Origin: Methanothrix sp. | GTDB lineage: Archaea > Halobacteriota > Methanosarcinia > Methanotrichales > Methanotrichaceae | Direction: 5' to 3' | Length of the DNA stretch: 36,375 nt | NCBI GenBank assembly: GCA_037128175.1 | Contig: JBAXWY010000027.1 | Location: 1 to 36,375 of the forward strand | In this document: one piece after another, positions 18,153 to 27,771 of the stretch | How positions within the stretch are numbered: the first letter of the stretch is position 1 | Layout of the letters: each line of letters opens with the position of its first letter | Notes under the pieces: model-generated | Database searches by the model: none | Seen by the model: only the letters and a program-made list of their open reading frames with translations | What the model was told of the DNA's origin: nothing | Program-made: the position numbers and the translations under genes

Positions 18153-18974
18153 TTGAATACATACTGGGAGATCTTGCGGCCGTTCAACTGCATAATGGCG
18201 GCAGCGGCTGCCATCGTAGGTCTCGCCATAGCCGGGGGCCTGGAACCTCTGGCAGCAGCACTCATTTTTCTTACAGTCTTCCTGATTACAGGCGCAGGAA
18301 ACGCCATTAATGATTACTATGATCGAGAGATCGATGCCATAAATAGACCCAAGCGGCCCATTCCCAGCGGGCGCATCAGCGCGCGTGCGGCTTTCTATTA
18401 TTCTCTGGTCCTCTTTGCCGTTGGATGCCTATGCGCGGGTCTGGTGAACCAGATCTGCCTGGAAGTGGCCGCCTTCAACTCTGTGCTCCTCTTTCTTTAT
18501 GCCAGAAATCTCAAGGCCACGCCGCTGGCGGGAAACATCTGCGTGGCTTTTCTCACCGGCTCCGCCTTTCTCTTCGGGGGGGCAGCGGCAGGCAGCGCGG
18601 GCCTTCTGGCTAACAGGCTTCCCTTCTTTCTCTCCTTTCTGGTCAGCATGAGCCGGGAGATTGCCAAAGACATCGAGGACATGACCGGCGACCGTGCGGG
18701 CGGCGCGCGCACGCTGCCCATCCTGGCGGGCGAGCGCACCTCTGCGGCGCTGGCCGCAGCCTTCGCTTTGGCGGCGGTTGGCTTAGGCTTCTTTGCGCCC
18801 TTCGGCAGAGCGTATCTGATGATAGTAGTAGTAGCGGATCTGTTCTTCCTCTTCTCCGTGCTGAAAATTGCTAGAGGGGATGCTACGGGATCGCAAAAGG
18901 CGCTGAAAAGGGGAATGGCAGTGGCGCTGGTGGCTTTTCTGGCGGCGGCCCTGCTGCCAATCAATCTCTTCTGA
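18153..18974 (+). CDS. Digeranylgeranylglyceryl phosphate synthase (UbiA family)
   Basis: LRPFNC, GNAINDYYDREIDAINRPKRPIPSGR, REIAKDIEDMxGD; multiple TM helices. Confidence 0.92.
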   Translation: MNTYWEILRPFNCIMAAAAAIVGLAIAGGLEPLAAALIFLTVFLITGAGNAINDYYDREIDAINRPKRPIPSGRISARAAFYYSLVLFAVGCLCAGLVNQICLEVAAFNSVLLFLYARNLKATPLAGNICVAFLTGSAFLFGGAAAGSAGLLANRLPFFLSFLVSMSREIAKDIEDMTGDRAGGARTLPILAGERTSAALAAAFALAAVGLGFFAPFGRAYLMIVVVADLFFLFSVLKIARGDATGSQKALKRGMAVALVAFLAAALLPINLF

Positions 18975-18991
18975 GTTTGCTCTTATATTAC

Positions 18992-20671
18992 TCAGCGGTG
19001 CGCAAAGTTCGCCACTATCGTCTCGCCCACGGAATTGACCTGCACAAATCCATACCGTTCGAACTGCACCACTTTGCCCAGCTCCTCGGCAATGCCCGCC
19101 TCGCCTACCCCCCCATCCTGGCCGTCCGGCTTCATGACCCGCACCTTCGGCCCGTCCAGGGGCGCCCACTGAATGATTTTGGTCCTCTTGCCCATGTCCT
19201 TGCCCAGGAAGCGCGCCCTGGCTGGCTCCAGCCCCGTAATTTCTACGTTGCACAGATCCTTGAGCCGGATATTATCCCCTACCTGGAAGGCTTCTAGATC
19301 GCTTCTGCAGATGAACAACTTGTTCCCGGCAGGAATCTCCCGCAAGCCCCGATCTGCGGTGGGATGCAGAGGCGCGTGCGCCACGGCAGGCACATCGCCC
19401 TCGATTGTCAGCTCAACGGGCTCCCAGACGAAGAAGCGGCGGTTGGCCTCGGGGTCGATGATCTTGCGGTTCTCGGCATAGATGGAGTCCATGCTGATGG
19501 AAATGTCCGTCTCGCCCACGCCCAGGTCGATCATGAACCTGCGCAGCGCTTCGGGCCGGATGCCCCGGCAGCGCATGGCCCGAACGGTGGGCACCCTGGG
19601 GTCGTCCCAGCCCGTGTACTCGCCGGCTTCGATGGCTTTGCGAAGCTTGCTGGTGCTGAAGGAGCCGAACTGATGAATCTTGATCCTGCCCCAGTGGATC
19701 ACCTGAGGATACTCCCAGCCCAAATAGCCGTAGAGATACCTCTGCCGGCTTCCGCTGTCAGCCAGATCCTTGCCCCGAATGATGTGCGTGGTGCCCAGCA
19801 GGTGGTCCTCCACCGCCGACTCAAAATCGAGCAGCGGCCAGACGCGATACTTGCTGCCAACCAGGGGATGAGAGGCGGTGACGATGCGAAAAGCGGGCCA
19901 GTCACGTATGGCCGGATCCTTGTGATGCATGTCGGTCTTGACCCGCAAAACAGCGCCGCCTTCAGGCATGCGGCCGTCGAGCATCTGCCGCCAGAGTTCC
20001 AGGTTCTGCTCTACAGTCTGATCCCGGTGCTCGCACTCTATTCCCTTGTCCTTGTGCTCCTTGAAGACGGCCTGGGCACAGCCGCAAACATAGGCTCCGC
20101 CCCGGCGAATCAGCTCTTCGGCTATGGGATAGTACTGGTCAACCCGCTCACTGGCCGTGATCACCAGATCCGGCTGGGCACCTAGCCAGGTGCAGTCCTC
20201 CAGATACCAGCCGTAGGCTTCGGGCATGGGTCGCTTCTTTACGGGATCGGTGTCATCGAAGCGAATGATGAACTTGCCGCCGTACTTTTTCACATACTCG
20301 GAGTTGACGATGATGCCGCGCGCACTGCCTAGCGTGGGCGGACCATTGGGGTTTGGTGCAAAACGCATGACTACGCCCTTTTCCGCCCCCAGCAGAGCGG
20401 GCAATCCCTTGTCCGGCTCCTTCTTTTCCGAGAGCTCAGCCAAAAGTTCAGGCGCAATGATCAGCAGCCTCTCTTGCCACTCTTCCAGGCTGGTCTTCTC
20501 CACGCCTTCCAGCACCTCTTTTACCAGAGGCGATAGCTCTTTGGCCCGGGCGCGTAGCTCCACGTGCTCGCCCAGGAGCTTGCCCATAACCGCCCCGGCA
20601 TTGGGTGCGGCTTTGTACTTCACAGCGTTTTGCAACGCATACTTTTCTATGAGCTCTCGGATCTCTTCCAT
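18992..20671 (-). CDS. gltX: Glutamyl-tRNA synthetase (archaeal type)
   Basis: ALQNAVKY, RFAPNPNGP, RFDDTDP, THIIRGKD, STSK, GWDDPR, QFERYGF. Confidence 0.97.
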   Translation of the reverse strand: MEEIRELIEKYALQNAVKYKAAPNAGAVMGKLLGEHVELRARAKELSPLVKEVLEGVEKTSLEEWQERLLIIAPELLAELSEKKEPDKGLPALLGAEKGVVMRFAPNPNGPPTLGSARGIIVNSEYVKKYGGKFIIRFDDTDPVKKRPMPEAYGWYLEDCTWLGAQPDLVITASERVDQYYPIAEELIRRGGAYVCGCAQAVFKEHKDKGIECEHRDQTVEQNLELWRQMLDGRMPEGGAVLRVKTDMHHKDPAIRDWPAFRIVTASHPLVGSKYRVWPLLDFESAVEDHLLGTTHIIRGKDLADSGSRQRYLYGYLGWEYPQVIHWGRIKIHQFGSFSTSKLRKAIEAGEYTGWDDPRVPTVRAMRCRGIRPEALRRFMIDLGVGETDISISMDSIYAENRKIIDPEANRRFFVWEPVELTIEGDVPAVAHAPLHPTADRGLREIPAGNKLFICRSDLEAFQVGDNIRLKDLCNVEITGLEPARARFLGKDMGKRTKIIQWAPLDGPKVRVMKPDGQDGGVGEAGIAEELGKVVQFERYGFVQVNSVGETIVANFAHR

Positions 20672-20781
20672 GACACATCTCCCAAAGGCCCGGAAGATCT
20701 GGGGAAAAATGATTCCTGCAATCTTCCTAATTCAGGTAAGTGTGCTAATTTCGATTACTATACTTTAATTTGATTGTTCCT

Positions 20782-21219
20782 TTACTGAAACTGGCTTCTT
20801 CCTAACCGGGCTTTTGCCAGGAATAGAGCATCTCTTATTATTTCATCATGGTCAAAAGCCAGAGGCGGCAGGCTTTCCAGAAGGAAAACCTTCGCATACC
20901 TCGCGTCCGAACCTGCCAGAAGCACGCCGCTGCCCCTAGCGAGAAAGGCGGCGGATACGACGTGCCCGCGCGGATCGCGGGCGGGGTTTGAGTAGATGCC
21001 CACCATTCCTTGCAGCTCTATAGCAAGTCCAGTCTCCTCGCAGGCTTCCCTGACCACAGCCGCCTCGACCGTTTCACCCACTTCCACAAATCCACCGGGC
21101 AGGGCATAGCTGCCAGCAAAGGGTGGGTTATCTCTCTTGATGAGCACGATCCCGTCTTGGAAGAGTATGACGGCGTCCACCGCCAGAAGGGGGGTCACAA
21201 TCTTGTTCCTCTCGTTCAT
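20782..21219 (-). CDS. Nudix hydrolase (ADP-ribose pyrophosphatase-like)
   Basis: Nudix box GGFVEVGETVEAAVVREACEETGL; RDPRGH, GSDA, LAFDH; start set at MNERNK. Confidence 0.9.
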   Translation of the reverse strand: MNERNKIVTPLLAVDAVILFQDGIVLIKRDNPPFAGSYALPGGFVEVGETVEAAVVREACEETGLAIELQGMVGIYSNPARDPRGHVVSAAFLARGSGVLLAGSDARYAKVFLLESLPPLAFDHDEIIRDALFLAKARLGRSQFQ

Positions 21220-21399
21220 TGTGCTAAATTTCCTGCACCACAACCAAAAGGCTTATCTACGTCCCAAGTCGGATGTTTATACGGCAAAGGTCGATTATTC
21301 ATCAATCCCTCCCTACCCTACATCCAATCGACCTTTAGCTATCCTTTTTGCCAGAGACTCACGATGAAGCTCTAATAGCAGGCGTGATTACTATTATTG

Positions 21400-22029
21400 A
21401 TGCCATTTTATGTGCTGAAGATGGGAGGAAGCCTCATGGCCAGCGCCCGACCGCTCATGCGCGCCCTCCTGACTCTCGCGGAGGAGGGCTACAGCTTCCT
21501 GGTGGTGCCGGGCGGCGGCGTCATGGCCGATCTGGTGCGAGAGATCTATTCTCGCGGCGATCTCAGCCAGGAGGCCGCGCACTGGATGGCTGTCCTGGCC
21601 ATGGAGCAATATGCCTATTTTCTGGCGGATGGAAGCGGGGCTGCTCTCACTCGCGAGATCCGCCGTCCCAAAGACGACTCTCGCGTGCAGGTTCTCTTGC
21701 CTTACCAGGCCCTCATTGAGGAAGATCGCGATCTTCAGCATAATTGGGACTACACCTCGGATGCGGTGGCGGCCCTGGTAGCCGCACGGCTATCTGCCCC
21801 CCTTATCAAGGCTACTGATGTGGATGGCGTGATGCTGGATGGAAAGGTAGTTACTGAAGTGCCGGCAAATCGCATGCTAGGTCGCGTTAGCTGCATCGAT
21901 CAGGGCACAATTAAACTTCTCTGTGGCATTCTTAAAGGAAGCAGCATCTGGGTGCTCAATGGCACCGATGCGCAGCAATTCACCAGAGCACTGAAGAAAG
22001 GAGAAGGCGGCACGATTATAAAGGGATAA
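21400..22029 (+). CDS. mfnE: Amino-acid-kinase-family protein, probably the methanofuran pathway kinase MfnE
   Basis: LKMGGSL, VPGGGVMADLVR, AHWMAVLAMEQY, WDYTSD, ATDVDG; sits before Zn finger and EF-1beta genes as in other methanogens. Confidence 0.75.
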   Translation: MPFYVLKMGGSLMASARPLMRALLTLAEEGYSFLVVPGGGVMADLVREIYSRGDLSQEAAHWMAVLAMEQYAYFLADGSGAALTREIRRPKDDSRVQVLLPYQALIEEDRDLQHNWDYTSDAVAALVAARLSAPLIKATDVDGVMLDGKVVTEVPANRMLGRVSCIDQGTIKLLCGILKGSSIWVLNGTDAQQFTRALKKGEGGTIIKG

Positions 22030-22121
22030 TAAGAAAGTAATTCCGGCAAAATTCATCCTAAATTCAGTCTATCTATGGGAAGGTTTATACAGAGAAATAC
22101 ATCAATCATGGAGAAGATAAC

Positions 22122-22292
22122 ATGAAGGAAGAAATACCAGAGAAATGCATATCATGTGGCATTACGCTGACCGGCGCGGGCGGGACGAGGTTCCCCTGCC
22201 CCAGCTGTGGAACCGTGATTGCCAGATGTAATAAATGTAAAAAGCAGAGCAACGTTTATTCTTGCAAAGCCTGTGGCTTCTCAGGACCGTGA
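22122..22292 (+). CDS. Small double zinc-finger protein (DUF1610/HVO_2753 family), 56 aa
   Basis: Manual translation [56 protein letters not shown]; four CxxC motifs; conserved position before aEF-1beta; below the ORF-track cutoff. Confidence 0.92.
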   Translation: MKEEIPEKCISCGITLTGAGGTRFPCPSCGTVIARCNKCKKQSNVYSCKACGFSGP

Positions 22293-22302
22293 GGTGTAAT
22301 AG

Positions 22303-22572
22303 ATGGGAGAAGCTGCTGTAAGAATGAAGGTTATGCCGGTGAGCACGGATGTGGATCTGAAAAAGCTCGCCGAGGAGATCAAGAAGGTAGTGCCATCCTT
22401 TGCCAGGCTGCATGCCATCGAGGAGATGCCCATCGCCTTTGGCTTGAAGGCCTTAATCGTCGTAACAATAATGGACGATAAGGGAGGCAGAAGCCCGGAT
22501 GAGATCGAGGAAGCAGTCCGAAAATTACCCGACGTAGAATCGGCAGAGGTGGAAGAGGTCGGACTCCTCTAA
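22303..22572 (+). CDS. ef1b: Translation elongation factor aEF-1beta
   Basis: MKVMPVSTDVDL, PIAFGLKAL; GAGGTG RBS upstream. Confidence 0.95.
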   Translation: MGEAAVRMKVMPVSTDVDLKKLAEEIKKVVPSFARLHAIEEMPIAFGLKALIVVTIMDDKGGRSPDEIEEAVRKLPDVESAEVEEVGLL

Positions 22573-22590
22573 ACCACTCTCTTTTAAATT

Positions 22591-22662
22591 GGGCTTGTAG
22601 ATCAGTGGTAGATCGCCGCCTTCGCAAGGCGGAGGCCACGGGTTCGAATCCCGTCAAGTCCA
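22591..22662 (+). tRNA. tRNA-Ala(CGC)
   Basis: Acceptor GGGCTTG/CAAGTCC with G3:U70, anticodon arm CCGCC-TTCGCAA-GGCGG, T arm ACGGG-TTCGAAT-CCCGT; no intron; CCA not encoded. Confidence 0.97.
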
Positions 22663-22733
22663 TAAGTTAATTAAAAAATAGAAACTGGCTTTTTCGCCAG
22701 CAAGTCTCTCGATTCTCATCCCAGATTTTACGC

Positions 22734-23372
22734 TTAAGTAGCGACCTTTGTAGCATTGCCGAAGCTGGCTACCTCAATTTGCAGGGCGTTGTTGAAGTTT
22801 CCTGCACCCAGTAGAGACGAGGCGGCAATATCCACATTGTAGATGCCCGCCGGGACACTGGCGTTCCAGTTTTTAGAGTACTCATTTCCAGATGTTTTAA
22901 TCAGGCTGAGCTTTTCTACCTCTTTGCCGGTCGAGTCTTTGATGGAAGCTGTGGCAGTGAGCGGTATTTCCGATTGGTTTTCCGCCTGTTCGGAACCGTT
23001 CAGGGCAAAGACGGCTGTGATCTTTACCGTGCTTGCAGAGTTAACCAAAGACGGCGTGGCATTGATGCTCCTTAGAATTAATTCTGCGCTCAAAGACTGC
23101 GACGCAGAGCCGGCAGCGGCATTTGCGCTGCTCGGTGCGGTCTCTTCGGCAGCTTTGGTCTTATTCTCGAATTGCGACTCGGTCTTTCTCACGGCCTTTG
23201 GCCCGAACTCGGCGGGCACGTCGCTTGTGGGCTTGCCTTCAATAAAGTTGCTGGCGCTCTGGCTCCAGTCGCCTTCTTTCTCGCAGGATGAACATCCGGC
23301 AGATGCGAAAGAAGCTAGCGCGACAATGCATGCCAGGAATGCCATGCAGATAAGAAATGTAGTGTTTTTCAT
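22734..23372 (-). CDS. Secreted hypothetical protein with N-terminal GCSSC motif and C-terminal Ig-like domain
   Basis: Signal peptide, CxxC just after it, Ala/Ser linker, WNASVPAGIYNVDI beta-sandwich pattern. Confidence 0.65.
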   Translation of the reverse strand: MKNTTFLICMAFLACIVALASFASAGCSSCEKEGDWSQSASNFIEGKPTSDVPAEFGPKAVRKTESQFENKTKAAEETAPSSANAAAGSASQSLSAELILRSINATPSLVNSASTVKITAVFALNGSEQAENQSEIPLTATASIKDSTGKEVEKLSLIKTSGNEYSKNWNASVPAGIYNVDIAASSLLGAGNFNNALQIEVASFGNATKVAT

Positions 23373-23489
23373 TGTCTATCCTCTTTTTCTATTTTGATAA
23401 TACTCGCGAATGCATATTAGCCTGTTTTCCTGGGGCCCGTTCGTATTCTATTTATATCATCTTGACGCTTAGAAATATCTGGAAAGAAT

Positions 23490-24170
23490 ATGGCAGGCAC
23501 AAAGAAGCCTTTGCGGATTTTAGGGCTGGCGGATCTGCATGACCGCATCGAGATGCTGGACAAAGTGAGGGAAATTGACGCAGATCTCATTGTCTTTTGC
23601 GGCGATCTGCACAATACCGGCAGCAGGGAGACGGCCCGCCCTGCGGCTATTGCTCTGGCCAGCCTGGGGCCGCCCGTGCTCATTGTTCCCGGAAACATGG
23701 ACCACAGAGATTTTGTGCCAGATCTATGGGAAGAAGCGGGCCTACGAATGCTGCATCGTTCCTCCTTTTGCCTTGAAGACGTCGGCTTTCTGGGCATGGG
23801 TGGAATGGTGGCCAGAGATCCCCGGCGGCAGGAAGATCCTGCTCGCTACTATCATAGGGATGACGAGGTTTATGAAACCCTGGCCGCAACTTATCAGGAT
23901 ATAATTGACGCAAGAATCAAGACAGTGGTTGTGCATCAACCGCCCCGAGGTGCGCAAGATACTCTTTACAATGGGGAAAGCTCGGGATCGGTCAGCCTGC
24001 GCCGTTTCGTGGAGGAGTATCAGCCCGACCTATTGCTTTGCGGGCATATCCACGAGGCGCGAGGAGAGTGTTTCATCGGCTCCACCCGGATCGTCAATGT
24101 GGGAGAGCTGCGGCAGGGATTTGCAGCGCTCATCGAAATTGGTGAGGAGATCGCCGTAAATTGGATCTAA
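23490..24170 (+). CDS. Calcineurin-like metallophosphoesterase
   Basis: ADLH, GDL, VPGNMD, HQPP, CGHIHE. Confidence 0.9.
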   Translation: MAGTKKPLRILGLADLHDRIEMLDKVREIDADLIVFCGDLHNTGSRETARPAAIALASLGPPVLIVPGNMDHRDFVPDLWEEAGLRMLHRSSFCLEDVGFLGMGGMVARDPRRQEDPARYYHRDDEVYETLAATYQDIIDARIKTVVVHQPPRGAQDTLYNGESSGSVSLRRFVEEYQPDLLLCGHIHEARGECFIGSTRIVNVGELRQGFAALIEIGEEIAVNWI

Positions 24171-24213
24171 AAATGAGTTCCTTGCTGTATCGAGTGGGTA
24201 ATGGAATAATGGC

Positions 24214-24240
24214 GTCCTATGTGAGTCCTATGTGAGTCCT
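24214..24240. repeat. 11-bp tandem repeat (GTCCTATGTGA x2.5)
   Basis: GTCCTATGTGA GTCCTATGTGA GTCCT read directly. Confidence 0.85.
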
Positions 24241-24264
24241 CCGTGCAGTATCGTCAGCCATTTG

Positions 24265-24492
24265 ATTATAACCAGTGGCTAACGACGATTCCACCACAGA
24301 GACACAAAGCTCACAGAGAACGCACAGAGACGAACTAAAAACTGGAAAACTACAGTAAATCGAGGTTAGCCACTAAAAAATGGCGAAGAGCTAATATTAT
24401 TACGTCGTCTTTGTGCCTTTGTGCCTTTGTGCCTTTGTGGTGAGCGTTCGTAGTGAGGTTAGAGGTTAGCCACTGGAAAATGGCGAAAAGCC
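24265..24492. repeat. Repeat family B copy 2 (minus strand, 24265-24390) inside a foldback/MITE-like element
   Basis: 12-bp inverted repeats CCAGTGGCTAAC (24272-24283) / GTTAGCCACTGG (24465-24476); CACAGAG-type units oppose (CTTTGTGC)3-CTTTGTGG at 24409-24440; ~30-bp direct repeat at 24362 and 24462. Confidence 0.8.
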
Positions 24493-24522
24493 AAAAAAAT
24501 GAATTGGTAGAAAGGTGCTTAA

Positions 24523-25338
24523 ATGAATCTCAGACCGAGGGAAGAAATCGATCGCGGGATAAATACCATGCAGGCCCTGAGCAAGCTTGTGCCGGAGGGC
24601 GGGCTGAAGGAGCCGGAAAAAGCAGCCAGGGAAATGGATGAGCTGATCTCCCCGGAATTCGAGCCCTATTTCTTGGCAAACGCTGCGCTGCACCTGCTGG
24701 TCGTTTGCGAGAGATGCGGCCGGTGCTGTCTGGAGGAGAGAGGAATTGCCGTTTCCATAGATGACTGCCGCAGGATTGCCCGGCATCTGGGCCTCTCTCT
24801 GAAGAGGTTCATGATGAACTACACCAGGCCTCATGATCTGTCGGGCGATCTGGTAGGATCGGCCCGGATGCTCGGCAAGAAAGAAGGCGAGCCCTGTCCA
24901 TTTTTCGATTCCAGCCTGCCCGGCTGCCGCATCTATTCTGTGAAGCCGCAGGTTTGCACAGCCGCTCTTTACCTCTCTAAAATGAATCTGCTCACATGTG
25001 AAGAGCAGCAAAAGATTGTCACCTTTCCCATATGCTCCGCCGATGAAAAGCTGAGGGCCAGGATAGCGAATTATTCCTTGCGGCTCGATGAAGATGCCGG
25101 GGCTAGAAGCGAGCTGGAAGGGCTCTTTGCATCGGCTCGGCCCGAAGTGGAGCTATTCCGCCTTCTGCTGCGCCTGAAGGGCATGGAGATCTATTTCGGG
25201 CGGGAGAAGGCGGCGCTGCTGGCGCGACGGTTGAGGCTAGCAAGAATGCCGGAGGACGAGGAGATGAGCGAGGCTGCGTGGTTGTATGCGGCGAGATTGC
25301 TTAAGTTTAACTCTTGGGAAGGTCCTGATGGGCGCTAG
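24523..25338 (+). CDS. YkgJ-family cysteine-cluster (CxxCxxCC) protein
   Basis: CERCGRCC, PCPFF, CRIYSVKPQVC. Confidence 0.85.
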   Translation: MNLRPREEIDRGINTMQALSKLVPEGGLKEPEKAAREMDELISPEFEPYFLANAALHLLVVCERCGRCCLEERGIAVSIDDCRRIARHLGLSLKRFMMNYTRPHDLSGDLVGSARMLGKKEGEPCPFFDSSLPGCRIYSVKPQVCTAALYLSKMNLLTCEEQQKIVTFPICSADEKLRARIANYSLRLDEDAGARSELEGLFASARPEVELFRLLLRLKGMEIYFGREKAALLARRLRLARMPEDEEMSEAAWLYAARLLKFNSWEGPDGR

Positions 25339-25499
25339 TGAAACGCCGGCAGCGTATCGCAGGCAAGCAACGTGGCATCCACAAGGTGCCGCCGCATGAA
25401 ATCGTAACCATGCAAAGCTGGGCCAAGCCTAGGTTGAATACTCATGTCCTTCATCTTCATCCTAGCCACAACTAGCTGCGGGTTATTACTTTAAAATTA
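25338..25499 (+). repeat. Repeat family A, left copy
   Basis: Aligns end to end with the reverse complement of 28286-28447; 40-bp identical core CCAAGCCTAGGTTGAATACTCATGTCCTTCATCTTCATCC. Confidence 0.92.
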
Positions 25500-25535
25500 A
25501 GGTAGCCACCAGGACCTTTTTCCGGATTTTGCCTT

Positions 25536-26795
25536 TCATCGATCTAAGCCATTATCTGGTTCCTTTATCGATTCATCATGGATTGCATGTGCAGTTTTAT
25601 TTAGCTCACTTTTATTAAGGTCCGCTCCATTTTCCATCTTAATATGCATTTGACTAATTTGATGTATCTTTATTTCTATTTGATGGATTTCTTTCTGTTG
25701 CGTCCTGAATTCATTCTTTTGTGCATTATATGCTAATATGGCAATGATGATAGAGATCATAGAAATAATCGCTGCAATAATCACTCCATAATCTTGAAGA
25801 CCTTTTGTCCATTCATCTAGCATTACATCGATATCGACATTTTGTTGGTTAACCGTTGCTCCGACTACATTTAGTCTTGGAATAGGGTGCTTTCCAGCAT
25901 TGTGATATACAATTTGTATCGGGTATGATGTTATTTCAAGTGGAGTTAAATTTAATTTAATATATCTGCCATCATATTTTTTATAATATTTGTCACTCTT
26001 TTCTTTGAACCGGATCTCATATTTGTCAGATTGGTTAAGGTACACAGATATTTCTGTTATTTCGTTACACCAGCCGGATCTGTGTAAAATGTTGAAGGTA
26101 ATATCAAGTGGTTCATTGCGAATTGCAAAAAATTGATCTTCTATTATATCAACATCGATTTCAGGAGGTCTTATTTCGATTGTATCTTCCCTTAATGAAT
26201 CAGGCCATTTAGAACCGTTTAGGCGAAAGAGCGTACCAACACTGAAAATTCCTGATTTATTGGATTTCACAGTATAATCATAAATAATATTCTCACCTAA
26301 ATTCAATCTAGGAATTTTTATATATATTGAATTATTAATAATATTGTAATTTTCTTTCAACTTTTCGAACATGGTTTTGATGTTGTTAGCTATATCGTTT
26401 TTTGATGGATAAACTGGCCGTTTAGTCGAGTAAATGGGATTCTCGATATAAATATGCAAATTGGAAACTGGCCCGAAATTATTATCTACTATTTCCTTTA
26501 TCAATATATCATCAAAGCTTCTGCCATAATTTGGTATTTTTACTTTAATATCAATTGATTTATTTTTTATAGTAAACTCCTTATAGTTCGGTTCAATAGT
26601 TCTTATGATACTTGGAAGACCACTCATAGATTCGAAATTTCCGCCTTCACCATGGGCCCCCGAATTTGGATTATCAAGGCCAGTATTTGATGATTTCGAG
26701 ATTGGAATGTCAGAAATCGAAAAACTGTACGCAATCGCATTTGAGGAGAAAATAAAAAAAATAATTAATGCCACTAACTTATTCATTGCAGACAC
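25536..26795 (-). CDS. Hypothetical exported protein with C-terminal TM anchor and coiled-coil tail (AT-rich)
   Basis: Signal peptide (MNKLVALIIFFIFSSNAIA), Ig/DUF11-like segments (LNLGENIIYDYTV..GIFSVG), TM helix YGVIIAAIISMISIIIAILAY; 419 open codons in AT-rich DNA. Confidence 0.75.
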   Translation of the reverse strand: MSAMNKLVALIIFFIFSSNAIAYSFSISDIPISKSSNTGLDNPNSGAHGEGGNFESMSGLPSIIRTIEPNYKEFTIKNKSIDIKVKIPNYGRSFDDILIKEIVDNNFGPVSNLHIYIENPIYSTKRPVYPSKNDIANNIKTMFEKLKENYNIINNSIYIKIPRLNLGENIIYDYTVKSNKSGIFSVGTLFRLNGSKWPDSLREDTIEIRPPEIDVDIIEDQFFAIRNEPLDITFNILHRSGWCNEITEISVYLNQSDKYEIRFKEKSDKYYKKYDGRYIKLNLTPLEITSYPIQIVYHNAGKHPIPRLNVVGATVNQQNVDIDVMLDEWTKGLQDYGVIIAAIISMISIIIAILAYNAQKNEFRTQQKEIHQIEIKIHQISQMHIKMENGADLNKSELNKTAHAIHDESIKEPDNGLDR

Positions 26796-27771
26796 CGAGA
26801 TCCCAATTACTAGTTGACATATTTAAATCTCTAAATGTTAATTTATCCCATTTACCGCAACCGGAGTAAGTTTCTTTTAGCGTATTGCCATCACAATTTA
26901 AGCATATATCACATGCACATACATTTGTAATTACATCAATGGTTAATATTCTCAATGAAGGTTCTTGTTCCATATTTAAAAGATTCAAATTTATAGTTGG
27001 TCCTGTAAAGGGGCCGATAATAGTATTACCACATTTAAAACGGAATTTAAGGTCTCCAAAAAATGGCGGTCTTATAAAGGGCAATTCAGGAACCTTAAAT
27101 GTGACATTATCGAAAATCCGTTTACCTTTACCGAAAGATTCCCATCTATCAAGTTGTGGGTTCTTTATTTCCAAAGTTAATTCAGAGCAACCCGAAACTT
27201 TTTCCATACTTATATTATATGTATATGTATCATTAAGACTCCCTTTCTTTGGCATAACATCTATACCATATTCATTTATATGATTAACTCCGTCAGGATC
27301 GTCATCATTGGATCTTGTATATGAGATATTAGCAATCCAGGCAGATCCACTCGCGAAATTGGGACATCTCCCACCAGGAATCTTACTATCCAATGTAAGC
27401 TCCCATCTCACTTCCTTTGCTCCTGATTCAATTGGTAATGCCACAGTTTTCCAATTTGTATCATTACACTGAGCTTTTTTAACTCCTCCGATGTAGAGAG
27501 AATAATTAACATAATATGCAGGGTTCATGTTGATGCTTTTCTTCCAGGCAAAACTTATAGTCCCAGGTTCAGGTATCATACCATATATACAGCTAGATTC
27601 GCCACACTTTATAATTCCAGACGAAATAGATGCCTGATTATCATAGAGATTATTATTGTCAGATGTCCAGATATTCCCTCCACAATAATTCCAATCGGGC
27701 AATTGGCTATTAGAAGCTTGAATCATAACAAGGAACGCGATTATAGCAAATGCTAGATCCATCTTACTCAA
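26779..27771 (-). CDS. Hypothetical secreted Cys-rich protein (AT-rich)
   Basis: Signal peptide; PGTISFAWK...EVRWE..GSAWI beta-sandwich pattern; many Cys; overlaps the downstream gene. Confidence 0.75.
   Translation of the reverse strand: MSKMDLAFAIIAFLVMIQASNSQLPDWNYCGGNIWTSDNNNLYDNQASISSGIIKCGESSCIYGMIPEPGTISFAWKKSINMNPAYYVNYSLYIGGVKKAQCNDTNWKTVALPIESGAKEVRWELTLDSKIPGGRCPNFASGSAWIANISYTRSNDDDPDGVNHINEYGIDVMPKKGSLNDTYTYNISMEKVSGCSELTLEIKNPQLDRWESFGKGKRIFDNVTFKVPELPFIRPPFFGDLKFRFKCGNTIIGPFTGPTINLNLLNMEQEPSLRILTIDVITNVCACDICLNCDGNTLKETYSGCGKWDKLTFRDLNMSTSNWDLGVCNE

Noticed and set aside
20320-20370. GluRS lacking a HIGH motif (reads PTLGS)
   Set aside because: Recalled as a normal variant in Methanomicrobia GluRS; the rest of the enzyme is intact.
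22591-22740. Integrative element at tRNA-Ala
   Set aside because: No duplicated tRNA 3' end was seen in the window and there is no integrase.
24277-24471. Integron attC site (GGCTAAC...GTTAGCC ends)
   Set aside because: The palindromic span (~195 bp) exceeds typical attC length, the shorter 95-bp pairing lacks internal symmetry, and there is no cassette array or integrase; kept only as a control test.
24362-24492. Mini CRISPR array from two ~30-bp direct repeats
   Set aside because: Only two imperfect repeats, a ~70-bp spacer made of tandem repeats, and no cas genes.
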